From Fimbriosthenelais zetlandica (lineage: Eukaryota), in the NCBI GenBank assembly GCA_977030845.1, contig OZ365109.1, positions 57,350,001 to 57,414,000 of the forward strand: DNA of 64,000 nt, in the 5' to 3' direction. The notes under the pieces are model-generated. The model was given only the letters and a program-made list of their open reading frames with translations. It did no database searches and was not told the origin of the DNA. Shown here one piece after another: positions 38,731 to 50,725 of the stretch (position 1 is the first letter of the stretch; each line of letters opens with the position of its first letter). Both the position numbers and the translations under genes were made by a program.

Positions 38731-38780
38731 GCTTACCTGAAAAGCAAACAGAGAGAATTAAAGAACAAGCATTGACTATT
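38731..38780 (-). other. Candidate recursive splice site (zero-length exon, AG|GT) on the DPY19 strand
   Basis: The minus strand reads aatagtcaatgcttgttctttaattctctctgtttgcttttcAG|GTAAGC. 22 of the 26 nt before the AG are pyrimidines, there is a TTAAT branch-like motif, and no other AG lies within about 40 nt upstream. Confidence 0.55.
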
Positions 38781-41700
38781 CATACCAAAACAACCACGCC
38801 TATAACCATAAATAATTACACTGAAGAAAACTTTAATCAGGTACTCTATTTCTGAATGGTGGACTGCCATGGGAAAACATTTAATCACATTTCCAAATTA
38901 CTTTATCAAGAAGGGGAATAAGAGAGGGACATTAGGAGGAGGTGGAGGGAGAGTAAAGGGGATTAGTGTTTGGTGGGTCATGCAATGCTAATTCATTTTG
39001 GTGGTAAAACTTTCCCCACACAACACACAACTACTCCACTTGGTCTGTTTTTTAACGGTTGATCCAATTTGCTTCATCGAATGATGGATCCACCAATAGA
39101 AAAAGTGGCACGTATCCAATCCCAGAAGAATTACAGAAAATAAATATGCTTACTCATCTGAATTTCATACATAGGCCCCGAGTCATGATAAATTCTGAAT
39201 TAATTAATTAGATTCTCATAAGTGTGAACATGGATCTTAGATATTGACAATTGACTATTTATTTAATACGTATCATCTAATGTAAGAATTTTACAATCTA
39301 AATTACATGGCAAAGTAGGTAAACAAAATGAATATTCCTAAGGTCTATCCAATATGAATAGTGATTTGACAAAAATAGTAGTGAGGATATATTTACTTTT
39401 TAAGCAAGCAATTTTCCCCTCTCAGATATCAATTAAAGTGTCACATTTTATCGTGCCCATCGATGCCACCCTACAAATATCAATGCCATACCAAGTACCA
39501 GAGGTGGCCGCTCGATAAATTCCTGCCTAAATACTCGCCAGATATGGAACAGAAGCCAAGATCGATCACACATGACTCGCAGTTGTTGCCAAGGACGCTG
39601 TTGTCTTGGCAACCAGGGGTTGACAAGGAGAAGGCTGGGAGAGGGGTGATTAAGGAGGTGGTGAAGATAATCAGAGTGGCGTGAGGATCGTTTTTCTCAC
39701 ACCTATAGGATTGATGGATCATGTATGGACACATCACAAAGTTTCTTATACTTGTACACACGAGCAAGGACAGACTGCCAGTTCTGTGTCTAGTGGCCAG
39801 CTGGAGATGATGGCATGCAATGTACCCATTTCACCCTCTCATATTCTACATTTACTTTGTCTAGGAGACCAAGGAACCCACAATGCTTAGAACTAATTTT
39901 AGTTGGAAACTAGTTCGCAGGGAAGCATACACAACATTACTTGCCATTGGCACATTAAAATTTCAAATTGCACATAATTCATTAATTGGCCTATGTATAC
40001 ATGGCCCCAAAATCTTGTTGCTGCAACACCCCATTCCCAAGATCTTCACAACAACCGGACTTGCTCTGGGATCTATAGATCTACTCAGATGTACCTCACT
40101 ACAAAAATTATTATTTCTATCTGACAACTATATATAATCAAATCCATATAGCCAGAAGAATCCGAATATATTTATTGTTTATACTATTATAATTCGGCAA
40201 GTTTTTCGGTTTTCACGGTATATACTAAATCGTTATTAAGATTACTCATTTCAACATACATATAGGCCTAATATTATTCTCTGATGAGGCAGGATATAAT
40301 TTCCAGAAAAGCTGTGGAGAAACTTGTGAGGAGTTCACACCTCTATGTATCGATAATAGATCTAGAGTGAGAGTAACAGATCCTATAGAGATAAAGAGAC
40401 GCGGACCTCACACCTTGCATGTTACAAGAGATCCACGTCCCTCATCAGAGTAATTACATACAAAGCACCAGCCAGGGTTTTGTATGACAAGAATAGAGCT
40501 CACAAACATGAATCCAGGATCATATTACCAGCTTTCTTCCAATCAAATCATGAAAGGTGCCAGCATCAAACGGGCGGCCGCGAGATTAGACACCAAACCT
40601 GTCCTCAGTGGGCAGGTCTAAGCACGCACCGCCGGCAGAACAAGTCTTGGTTGGACTCAGAAAAGAGAAAAGAAAAGATGTAGAAAGAAACCTAACCCAG
40701 GACTCTCACATCTCTTTTTGGACATGATTTCTTTGACAAGGCACGGCATGTGGACTTGTCAGGTTGAATATTTTCTTCTGTGTTTTCGCGAGGATTTTAA
40801 AAAATCTTTTCTTTGCCTTTTTATGAATCCCAGGAAAAAAAATGGGATGACACTTTGTTATCTTTGTCAAGCTGGCGACAACAAGCTTGTAACCAGTTGG
40901 TAATAAGCCGTGGGGAATCAATAAGATGACTGCAACAGAAAATGCGAAAATATTCATTTACACAACAGATACCCTTATTTATGTATGCATAAAAAATGGT
41001 AGGCCTATTTGATAAGTGAATATTTGAATTACAGAAATGAGATACAGAAACAATGGAAAATGTATAATCCATAAATAGTTGGAAGTGGAGAATATAATCA
41101 AGAGAAATTATAATTAAGAGTCCACATGAATCAGGGTGGTCTGACAGATTTTCCTTGTCACATCTGGAAAGGATTCTGACCCCACAGTCCCAACAGATTC
41201 ATAGAAGAAAATCCCAACACATTACCACAGATTTATGACACAACTTACTTAAAATCGCCTCAGGAAATTGAACCATTATTTCCATATTTCTTGCTACTTT
41301 GTGTCAATGCAACCTCATTTTGAAGGATGTTTCCCAATTTAATTCTCATCGCTCATGAATATTTGCCACAATGATTTTGCTGCTACTCGAGCGATGCTCG
41401 CAGTTTTCCTTACATTGTGTATTCTCCCCCATCCTGGGCTTTGATTGAGGGGAAAAAGCTGCCTCCAGATCTGGTCTACCCCGGCTCCCTTTGTCTCGCC
41501 TTTTCTCTTTAGCTTCAATATTGAAATTGGTGGAGATGTAAGGGAAGGCTATGATGATTGAAGTTTTGCTTGCCAGGCGAAGCATGTGGGAATATTCAAG
41601 CGACCGATGAATAACGGAAGCTGATTCAATTGTGCAAGGCTTGCACGCACCTAATCACCCCTTCTTCTATGGCAGGGAGACTGGCGTCCTCTTAAAGCTG

Positions 41701-42863
41701 AGGCCATACATGCTTCAGCTGAGCTTCCACTGGCATAGCCTGCCTTAAGGGTCTGATGCAACCATCTTATCCCAACAAGACCACAGGTGGTACGGACACC
41801 AAATGCTGCTATATTGTAAGTTCCATCAATACATTTTTGTTAGATGTATTCTTTCCTGAATTAGGATCGAGATTAATAGGGATAATTTAAGAAATAATTG
41901 GCTGAGTCAGTCACAGGATAAGAAGCTACGCTGGGGCCTTTGCTGTCTTTGACTTAGAAATAGTGACTTTTACCCATAAATGCTTAATACAGAATAAACA
42001 CTCTAAAATAAACATAATCTGTAAAATGTAATATCAGTTTCAAAGAAGTCATTTTTTAAAGAATCAAATGAAGTACATATAAGCAATACTGATATATATA
42101 TTTAATATTTTCTACAGCAGATAAATTACTAAATGGCTTATTTATATAGGTGAAAACCCGTTGTCAATCAGGAGGAGTCCATGACAGAGTCTCTGAAAAG
42201 CAGGATATATACTCCTGCTATTGCAAGCAGTGTTAGAGGGAGTAGACATACATAATGCTCACCTTGGGAATGGAGCCAGAAATAGAAGAGCAAGAAAAAA
42301 AAAGCAGGCTCATATATCAGTCAAGGTGATAGAAGAATTATCTAGAAGAGGAGGAGACAGGATCACTTCACAGTCAATCAATCATAGGACCAGTAAGAAG
42401 GCGCACAATCAAGGACAAGTGACAGAAAGGCAAGGCTCAGAAGACATGATCACCTCTCCCATTCACGTTTCTTCATCTTACAATATCTCAATACCATATA
42501 TGGCAGACGGCAAATGCCAAGGTCAGATATACATTCTAAAGGTAAAAGGTGCAGTTAAATCAGAAGTCAAAGACAGAACTGGTGGTGAATAAAACAGGTT
42601 CGGTAACTTGTAGTCTATCCATGCAGTGAGTAGACTGCAGTGGATCCTGAATAGGGAGATGGGGCTTTAGGTGGGATTTTCCCGATATTTTACTGTTCCT
42701 TCAAAACGAGCATCTATAGTTATGTTGATGGAGTACTTATATGGATGTGATTGTATCTATATAGATGAATGGATGCAGCGTTGGATGAATTAATGGATGA
42801 ATACATGACAAATTGGTTCTGGGAGATCCGACACACAGTGTTCCAACAAAAGTTTGATCGCGC

Positions 42864-42899
42864 ATCATGAATGCAATGGGAATCATGAATGCAATGGGA
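42864..42899. repeat. Perfect 18-bp tandem duplication within a decayed (TGGA)-rich tract
   Basis: atcatgaatgcaatggga x2. Confidence 0.95.
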
Positions 42900-44432
42900 A
42901 TGGATGGAGGTATTACTGAAGGCATTGGTCTTGCTATGCCCATGTCCCAATGCATGGGGTGGTATGTGCGTGGAGGTGGGTTAACTAGAAATATTGATCA
43001 TTTGAGGCATATGACGTGACGGGTATTGCATGTTGGTTGGTGTTAGGTATAGACCAGGAGACTGAAGTAATCCTGTCACCTCACACAACACCCGGTGTGG
43101 GTCACTACCTCCTCAACGGTCTCACCACTAACTCACCCGACCTACATTCACACATAGTCCGGGCCTCTTTACCCATTAGAGTATGACATTCTCTATAGAA
43201 ATCATCTCAGACAGTTCATTATTTTAAAATGTCCTATTCTTACTTTTGTACCTAATAAATAAGTCCAATAACGGGTTATGGTTCTAGACATATTTCAAGT
43301 ATTAATATGGTATAAATTTCAGGTTGGATAATGCAACAATTCAAAACTGGCAATTTGTATAGAGGAATGCAACTGTTAGTTTTCAATAAAAGAATATAAT
43401 TGATATGACAATTTAAGATAAGGTTTCAAATCAGTATCTTCAAGCTATAGATCTTAGACACATATATATGGGTATCTACCACATTGTTTATTATTGAAAA
43501 AACTGTTTGTTATTAAAGTGTATTGAGAAAAATACATGAGCAGTTTCTTTACATGGTGCCATAAATGCGAGTCCATGCCAACACATGCATGCATAACTAG
43601 CGTGTATACTTAAAGATGGGTGTTTCAGGCGCCAGGCCACATAATTATCAATCTGCATGACCAGCTCGAATAAGTGGTTCTATTGATCCAAAATACACTA
43701 ATAAAATTCTCCTCTATCACCGAGCAAACACTCGGTATGCTCAAAATTAATGAGAAAGGAAAGCTGGATTAAGGTTATTAATTGTTTATGAGACATGATA
43801 CATCAATGTATACTATATATGTTGTACACAAACTGCCGTTTGAATCCAATATTTTCACTTTCATGCAGATGGTTCCCTCATACAGGATGTAGCGTTTATA
43901 TCAGTAGGACAGATTTATCTATTCCAAACAAGGGTATATAGTTATTACAGAAGACATAAGCATACAATATATTCATTATAAAATCCTATTAAATGTAGCC
44001 ATTCCTTGTGGTGAACATAATTTTATCAAGAGACAAAGCCAATGGCTATGGTATGCATATATAATTTCTGTGAATGTAATTTTTGCAATTTGAACTCATA
44101 ATCTGAAAGGGTACTTCATAATTGGCAAATTCTTTGATGAAGAATCTTACTATACAAAGAAAGAATGTAAAACATTTAGACTAGAATTGGTCTCCAATTG
44201 CCCTCTCTAGTACAAAGTAGACAAACTGAATCTAAGCTAGAATTTAATGGGACAAGGGGGGCCACATAGTCAGGCATGGAGGGGGAAAACATCGTCTCCT
44301 ACGACGTGGAATTAATTTCCCATTTGTATTTAAACTTTAAAGGTCAGTTGATAGCTCATTTTTAGCCGGGCGGCGCCAGAGATCCAAGATGCCAGGGACC
44401 TATCTCTTTGGATGAAGCTCGCCTACTGGTTT

Positions 44433-44488
44433 CCATGGTGATGTAATTAACCCCTCCTTGGGCTGAGAGGGTGTTTAATTACCCATGG
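44433..44488. repeat. Imperfect inverted repeat (hairpin) with TAATTA in both arms
   Basis: ccatgg-tgat-gtaattaacccctc ... gagggtgtttaattac-ccatgg. Confidence 0.75.
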
Positions 44489-47400
44489 CATTGTTATGGA
44501 TAAGTGGAAGGCTCAGAGGGGGAGACTGGGGCTGACAATGATACAGACAATAGAGTAAGCTGGAGGCTTGCAGGGCCAGAACAAAGATGGGAGATGAGGC
44601 ATTCTGATACATGATATGCTTTAGTATTAAAGACTTGGCTTGGGATTCGAGCAGGGAAACTGTGAAGGCGTTAATGAATCGCCTCCAGCCTTGTCCCCCA
44701 ACGCGCTTAATCTCAGTTGTTCATTTCCATAGCGCCGACAATTGGAATATTCAACACTGGTATCAAAAGAGGACAACGGTGATTGAACAGAGAAAGGGCT
44801 CCCGGGGTACTGTAAATACTATGTTCAGACACTGATGAAAAACTTACTCAAACTGCTCAAATCCATGGCTACATCCTCTTAGGGGAAAGAGGCAAGATGG
44901 GGTCAGGGTGAACAAGTGGTTTATAAAATAACACTGCTGATGAATCAGATTAAGTCCCTATTAAAACTTTGAATGATGTCTGCATTGTTTAATTAATTTC
45001 AAGTCAATTCACATGAGGGAGTTATTTCCATTTGAGCTGATTATCCATCCTCCTTTTTGAATGGAAGTGGCAAGCTTATTGATGGTGGATTCCTTCTTTA
45101 TATGTGGTCTCCTCGGGGGATGAGCTCTTAAAGGCAATACAGTTCTCTACCTCCATGGTACAATGCGCCACCCCCAATGCCTAGTCAGGAATACTGGCTG
45201 TAGATTTGCTTCCTGTCATTTTTTGTCATCTTCTTCGTCTAAGTACATCAAGATTTATCAGGCAGGCATGCGATCTATCTCACCAGCAATGTCATGATAG
45301 CAAACTGGCTGGAATGGCTTATTACGGCAGGGGCACATAGAGCCGACCAAACAACGGAATCATTTCCATCAGTTGTTTTCCGAGATATACGCTATCACTA
45401 TCACCTACACTACACTTTTGAAGGAATCAATTTTGCTGGGGGAGAACGCAAATAAAAGAACAACCTTCGCTGTCCAAATCTACTAACTTGGATTTTTTCT
45501 AACACAGTGAGTTTTTTTTAATTGTTATGTTTCAGGAAGATATAAACATAGTTTTGGTGATATTAATGTTTCTAGCTTTTCTAGGGCTAATTTTGAAAAT
45601 CAGGTGATTAGATCCAAGATTGAGGTTTATGGATATATTTCTATAGATTTATAGACATTTTATGAGAATATTCTCACAATTTCTGCAGAAATAACCACTC
45701 ATTTGATCTCTCCTTTAATCAGCTCTGTGTGCCTCTTCCTTCCAGCACACAGTTCCTGCTACACAAAGCCATCTATCAGCATATCAATTGTGCATGCCTT
45801 GTAATGCAGCAAGAGCCATGTCCCTTACACAATTGCTTGTCTAATCATCAGTTGTATGTCCCAATTTGCTTCCTTCTGATGACAGCCTCCGAGCTGTTGT
45901 TCATTAGACTCATTCACTCAAGTAATCTCCCGCGACAGCGTCCCTCTCCTGATGAATGCTCCTGGAGGCAACTCTCGTTTTCTAACGTATCTCACGAGAT
46001 TAGGACGTCGCAACGGTTCTGACCTAATTAAGCTTTGTCACGTACCGTAAACGACCCCCTGCTCACAAGCAGACTAATCAAGTGATATTTTTTTTTACAG
46101 TGAAGAAGAGTGTTTTTGGTATTGGGAATCAAAATATTGAAGGGCAATCCATCATTGTCAGGGTGGTTGGTTAGGCCGGATAAGTGGCTGATTGGATCTG
46201 TCCAAGCATGGAGTTTTATATACATAAGAACTCTCTCTTTCTCCATGTTGTTTCCTCCATGGTACAAACATCTGCCAACAACCAACTGCACCCATTGCTA
46301 TTCCTACAGGAGATGGTTGGCATACTCAGACTGGAAATGCCAGGGTCAAGTCAGCCTCCAGTCTATCAGACTCCTAACGCAACAGACCGTTTAAAAACGT
46401 GTCTTTCTCTCAACCATGCTGTTCACTTCGTCATCAAGGCGAAAACATTTTTTGTGGGGACCTCTTCGAAATTTAAAGTCAGCTGACAATTATCATTCAG
46501 GCTCTATCAGGATCAAGTAGAATAAAAAGATCCAAAGGGAAAAAGTATCTAGAAGATCCTGCATGGGAGCACGAATAAGAGGGAACATGTATGTTAGAAA
46601 CTGCTGGAAAACATCTGCCTGGAATATGAATGAGAATTGCCTCTTGCATTGTGTCCAGAGATTACTGGGCAATATTCCCCGGGTGCATACCATGTACCAC
46701 TACGATAACGTATCAGTGCTATGTCTGTGCATGAGGCAGACAGTTCAATGTACGCAAGGCACAGTTGGCGAACCCCCTTTTCTTCCACCACATTTTAAGG
46801 ATAATGAGGAATTTCTTTTACTTATTGATATTAGCCAGTATATGTGCAAATGCATGAACTTTTATCACATGACATTACATTGAGGTCACTCACCTCAGTA
46901 AAACATAACACTTGATAACACCTGAGACGAAGGAATTGCTCCTTGCAGTTTAAAGGCTCTCACACACTGTTAAAATCTGATTCTCTATACCCGGCTTCAT
47001 CCGATATAGCTGTCCGACGCTATACATCTTTTCACACCCAATGCTTTTCATTTTAACAGTCCATTAAATCGAACAAGAGGACTACAGTACATCAATTCGA
47101 CCTGGCCCATAACATGTTGGGTCCAGACACTTGCACCGTGCTCAATCTTATGCACATTGCTATTGGGTTAAGGCTCCTTGCAGACTGTACTAAATACTGT
47201 GCAGAATGGGCCCAGTCCTGCAAACCGTGTAAACTTTTTGCACATTGGATCCGCTTTATTGCATATTGGCTCTTAGCGATCTCAAGAGACTGTCTGTTTG
47301 TTGCAAAAGGTAAAAATCCCTATATTATAATTGCTATGCACAGAAGTCACGAAAATATCTAGTTAATATCAACTTTATAAACATGATTTCGCAGTTGGCC

Positions 47401-50400
47401 ATGCGATACTTGGATTACTATATCTTTATTTAAATATTAATAACCTTCAAAGACAGCAAATCAAGGGGAATCTCACTCAATAGGCTCATTAAGTGGAAGT
47501 TTACCATTAATGAAATTTACAAATGATGAGCATTTTACGTGAACCATACATGTATGCGAAAAATGTCAAAAATTAAGCTTGGAATAAGATGAAATATTGT
47601 ATCATGTCTGGGTAAGAAACAATTATTAAATCAAATATAGATTCCTCTTGTGAGTATAAAGAGCCACTAAATATATATGAATACACGTGGCAACGTGGTA
47701 TCAGACCTCAAACAATACCTCATTCCCTATTCATTGTATCTATTATTCAAACAGTCCCAATTCCACTTGGTGCCAGGATATGTAAATGCAGCGCCATATT
47801 GGTCATGCAATCTGCTAGATACTTCCCTCCGAATTCAATTACTCTCACCGGCCTAGCCCCAAATCCTTAAGCAAATCCCCTCTCACCAACATAGTCTCTG
47901 ATATTAAAGCTGCCCAAGTGTATTTGCAAATATTGTTTATGCAAATAGAAACAAGATTTTAGTGGATTAAAAATAAAAGGGTGCTTTATACAGCCATGAG
48001 TTATGCTTTTCCATGTCGGAGATTGATCTAGGTCTCTTCCACTATGTATATCTGTCTTTATCTTTCAAGAATTCATCCCATAATAATCGAGAGAATGTAT
48101 GTACCGCGGGGACCGAAGCATGGAGTTCTACAGCCAAGCCAAGAACATTAATAGGTGTTAGGCCATTTAATTAAAGGCATTTATCACTGCTAGGTACAGG
48201 GTTAACCTGAGGATTGAAGCTAATGCAAGTTATTCACTCCTCACTGCATCTCACTGTATTAAAAGGATAGACTACATGGAGGTGAGCATTAAAAAGTGCC
48301 ATCTCACTACAGCACAAATTATGCTCCAGTCACATCAATCGAGGTTCCATCTCATCGAGCTATGCTTCCTCGTTCATCGACAGAATGGTGACGAGGCGAT
48401 CTTTCTTATTTTTAAGCTGGTGGTTTCATGGCAGGATCTATAGTCTGTGCCACCGTCTGATCAGTGCGGGCTCAATCTGGATAGCCTGAATTATGTCAGC
48501 AAGGATGCACGTTGACACAGAGTATAGAACTCGGCCACTTTGGGATTGAAGGAAAGAAGAGCCCACAGTTGGCAAAGGCAAGAGTAACAGCAATGCTCTG
48601 GAGCCTTGGTATTATTGCTATTACCAGCCACTCCTCACATCCAGTATAGAGAATTACTGATAATTGTGTCTGCTGGCTGGTAGAAAAGCTTGTTAAATCA
48701 TAGAAAAAGCAATCAATCAGAGAAATAGTTGAGTGGTGGAGGGAAATGGAGCCTATGAGGAAAGATGGTGTTGAGAGGTAGGAGGCTCTCAACGTGACAA
48801 TCCAGCTAAGCTGGGACTCGGGTGTTAAGTCATGAAAGTGCAATCACTAATGAGTGACTGTAAAAAGTACACTTTAACGAAGGCATTCAAGGATAATTAA
48901 TCCTTAAGTGTCATGGATTAACTTTGAAATGTGGTTCAGAATGAAACATTGCTTGTTATTATTATTCAGTATTGGAACCAATCTAATATCGCTGCAACAG
49001 ACCTTGGCTGCTGTCGATATCAAACCAAATATTTTATGTTCTTTGCATCAGAATTTAGTTCACATACTTAGTAATAACATTTGTTCAGGAATAATTATAT
49101 TGCATGGTGTTGCATATGGTGTTGACCCACATTTAGGTTACGTTCAGTAACATTAAACCAGTTAGTTCTTAACAAGTGAAAATTAACTTCTATTGAGGAG
49201 CTGAAAACATTGTTCTGGCATCAATAACTGACAACTGACTGTAACAGGCACCTGGCAAAAAAATAGATGGGAAAAATAACAGGGGCAGGAGGAAGATTAA
49301 AAGTCGCTGGGACAGGAGACCGGAGCATTTGGAAAAAGGAGCAGGAGTGTGGAAAAGGTGGAAATATGAGCAATGGAGTACGAGACGCAATAGGAACACC
49401 AGATTATAAGTAGGTGCAGCAACTGCATACAAAACTATACAATTATGCATTTTGCCCACGGGATAATACAGAAAACGATAAATAACAAGTACATGATGAA
49501 AATATAAACGGGCTATGCATTAGCCTTTATGAGGACGGCAGAAAGTGCCTAAAGTATTCCCACCATCCACTGCCACCCAAGCCCACATAAAAATCCATCA
49601 AGGGAAATAACCTCCCAGCCCATAGAGCAGTTAGCATGAGTTAGTAATGACTTTCCTACTACTATTCAAATTGCTCCTGGTTTCAGAGGGGCCTTTTACA
49701 TTGCTTAGCCTGAGGTTGCTATTAGGGAAGGCTGTTAGGGGCTGAGAGGGAAAAACTGGCAATGTTTGGCATAGGACAGGGGGACAACTCGGGAGGTGAT
49801 AGGTTTATCAGTACTGGGGTATAAACGGCCTATAGCCAAGTATTGGGATTCATTGCTTTGCCTGGCGGAGTCACACATGTTGAGAGATAGTGGGTGAAAT
49901 GCAGCCGTGAATGAACATGATGAGGGGTGAAGCTTTTCAGGCTGTGATAAGGGGAGGAGGATGGAATTGAGTGGGCAGGAGTGGAAATCAAGAGGAACAT
50001 ATACTGACTGCTCAAGTCTCAAAGGCTGAATGGCAATAGGTGTTAAGCTTTCTCCAGTATATATGGGTTCAACAGAGATTAAAGGTCAACATCCAATACT
50101 ATAATTGCGAGTCAAATTTCAAAAGTACAAATTGCAGCATTTAATGTATAGGAAATGAATAGAAAGTAATAATAATATGTAGACAGTGTTTGTTTTTTTT
50201 TGAAGTTGAAAAATAAAAAACAAAATGTAAAAATTAATTTGAAAAACATTTTTTCAATTATAATGGCCCTAGGCGACCATGTCCCATTGCATGATGTTTG
50301 CTTTGTCAATTTACAAGGTAAAAAAAACCCTTACTGAAACATCATCAAAGGAATTAGTCATAAAAACGTGGCTGATTCTCCCACTGTTGTTATTCAATTT

Positions 50401-50574
50401 GAAGCCAATTCTCCAAGGGTCTTGCATCCATCAATGAATATCCGAGTCTCCAGATAGGAAGACCCCAAGAAACAATGCTTTTTTGCAGGAACCACTCCAT
50501 GTGGACAACATTCTGCGTAACAAGGGACTACATGAGAGATTTGGCTGAAGCTAGCAATGGCTCAAATGCTACCA

Positions 50575-50725
50575 TTAGTCGATAAGCTACGTTTACTCAT
50601 TGGCGGATAAGGTACAAATGGATGATAAGCTACGTAGTCATTGGCGGATAAGTTATTAACGGCCGATAAGCTATGTACCATAGTCCATTAACTGGTTAAG
50701 CTACCAATGAGTGAAAAGCTATCAT
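50575..50725. repeat. Degenerate minisatellite of GATAAG(CTA) modules, dimeric period 41-48 bp
   Basis: GATAAG at 50581, 50606, 50624, 50647 and 50665, GTTAAG at 50695 and GAAAAG at 50713. Spacings are 25/18/23/18/30/18. Confidence 0.85.

Noticed and set aside
45876-45900. Hammerhead-like CTGATGA followed by a CAGC/GCTG stem
   Set aside because: No GAAA after stem II and no cleavage-site helix. Other CTGATGA hits checked also fail.
46894-46921. 28-nt pseudo-exon with a perfect GAG|GTGAGT donor
   Set aside because: Frameshifting, no homology, and only a moderate acceptor.
50575-50725. CRISPR-like repeat-spacer appearance
   Set aside because: Repeats are 9 bp or shorter and degenerate, spacers are related to each other, there are no cas genes, and the context is eukaryotic.
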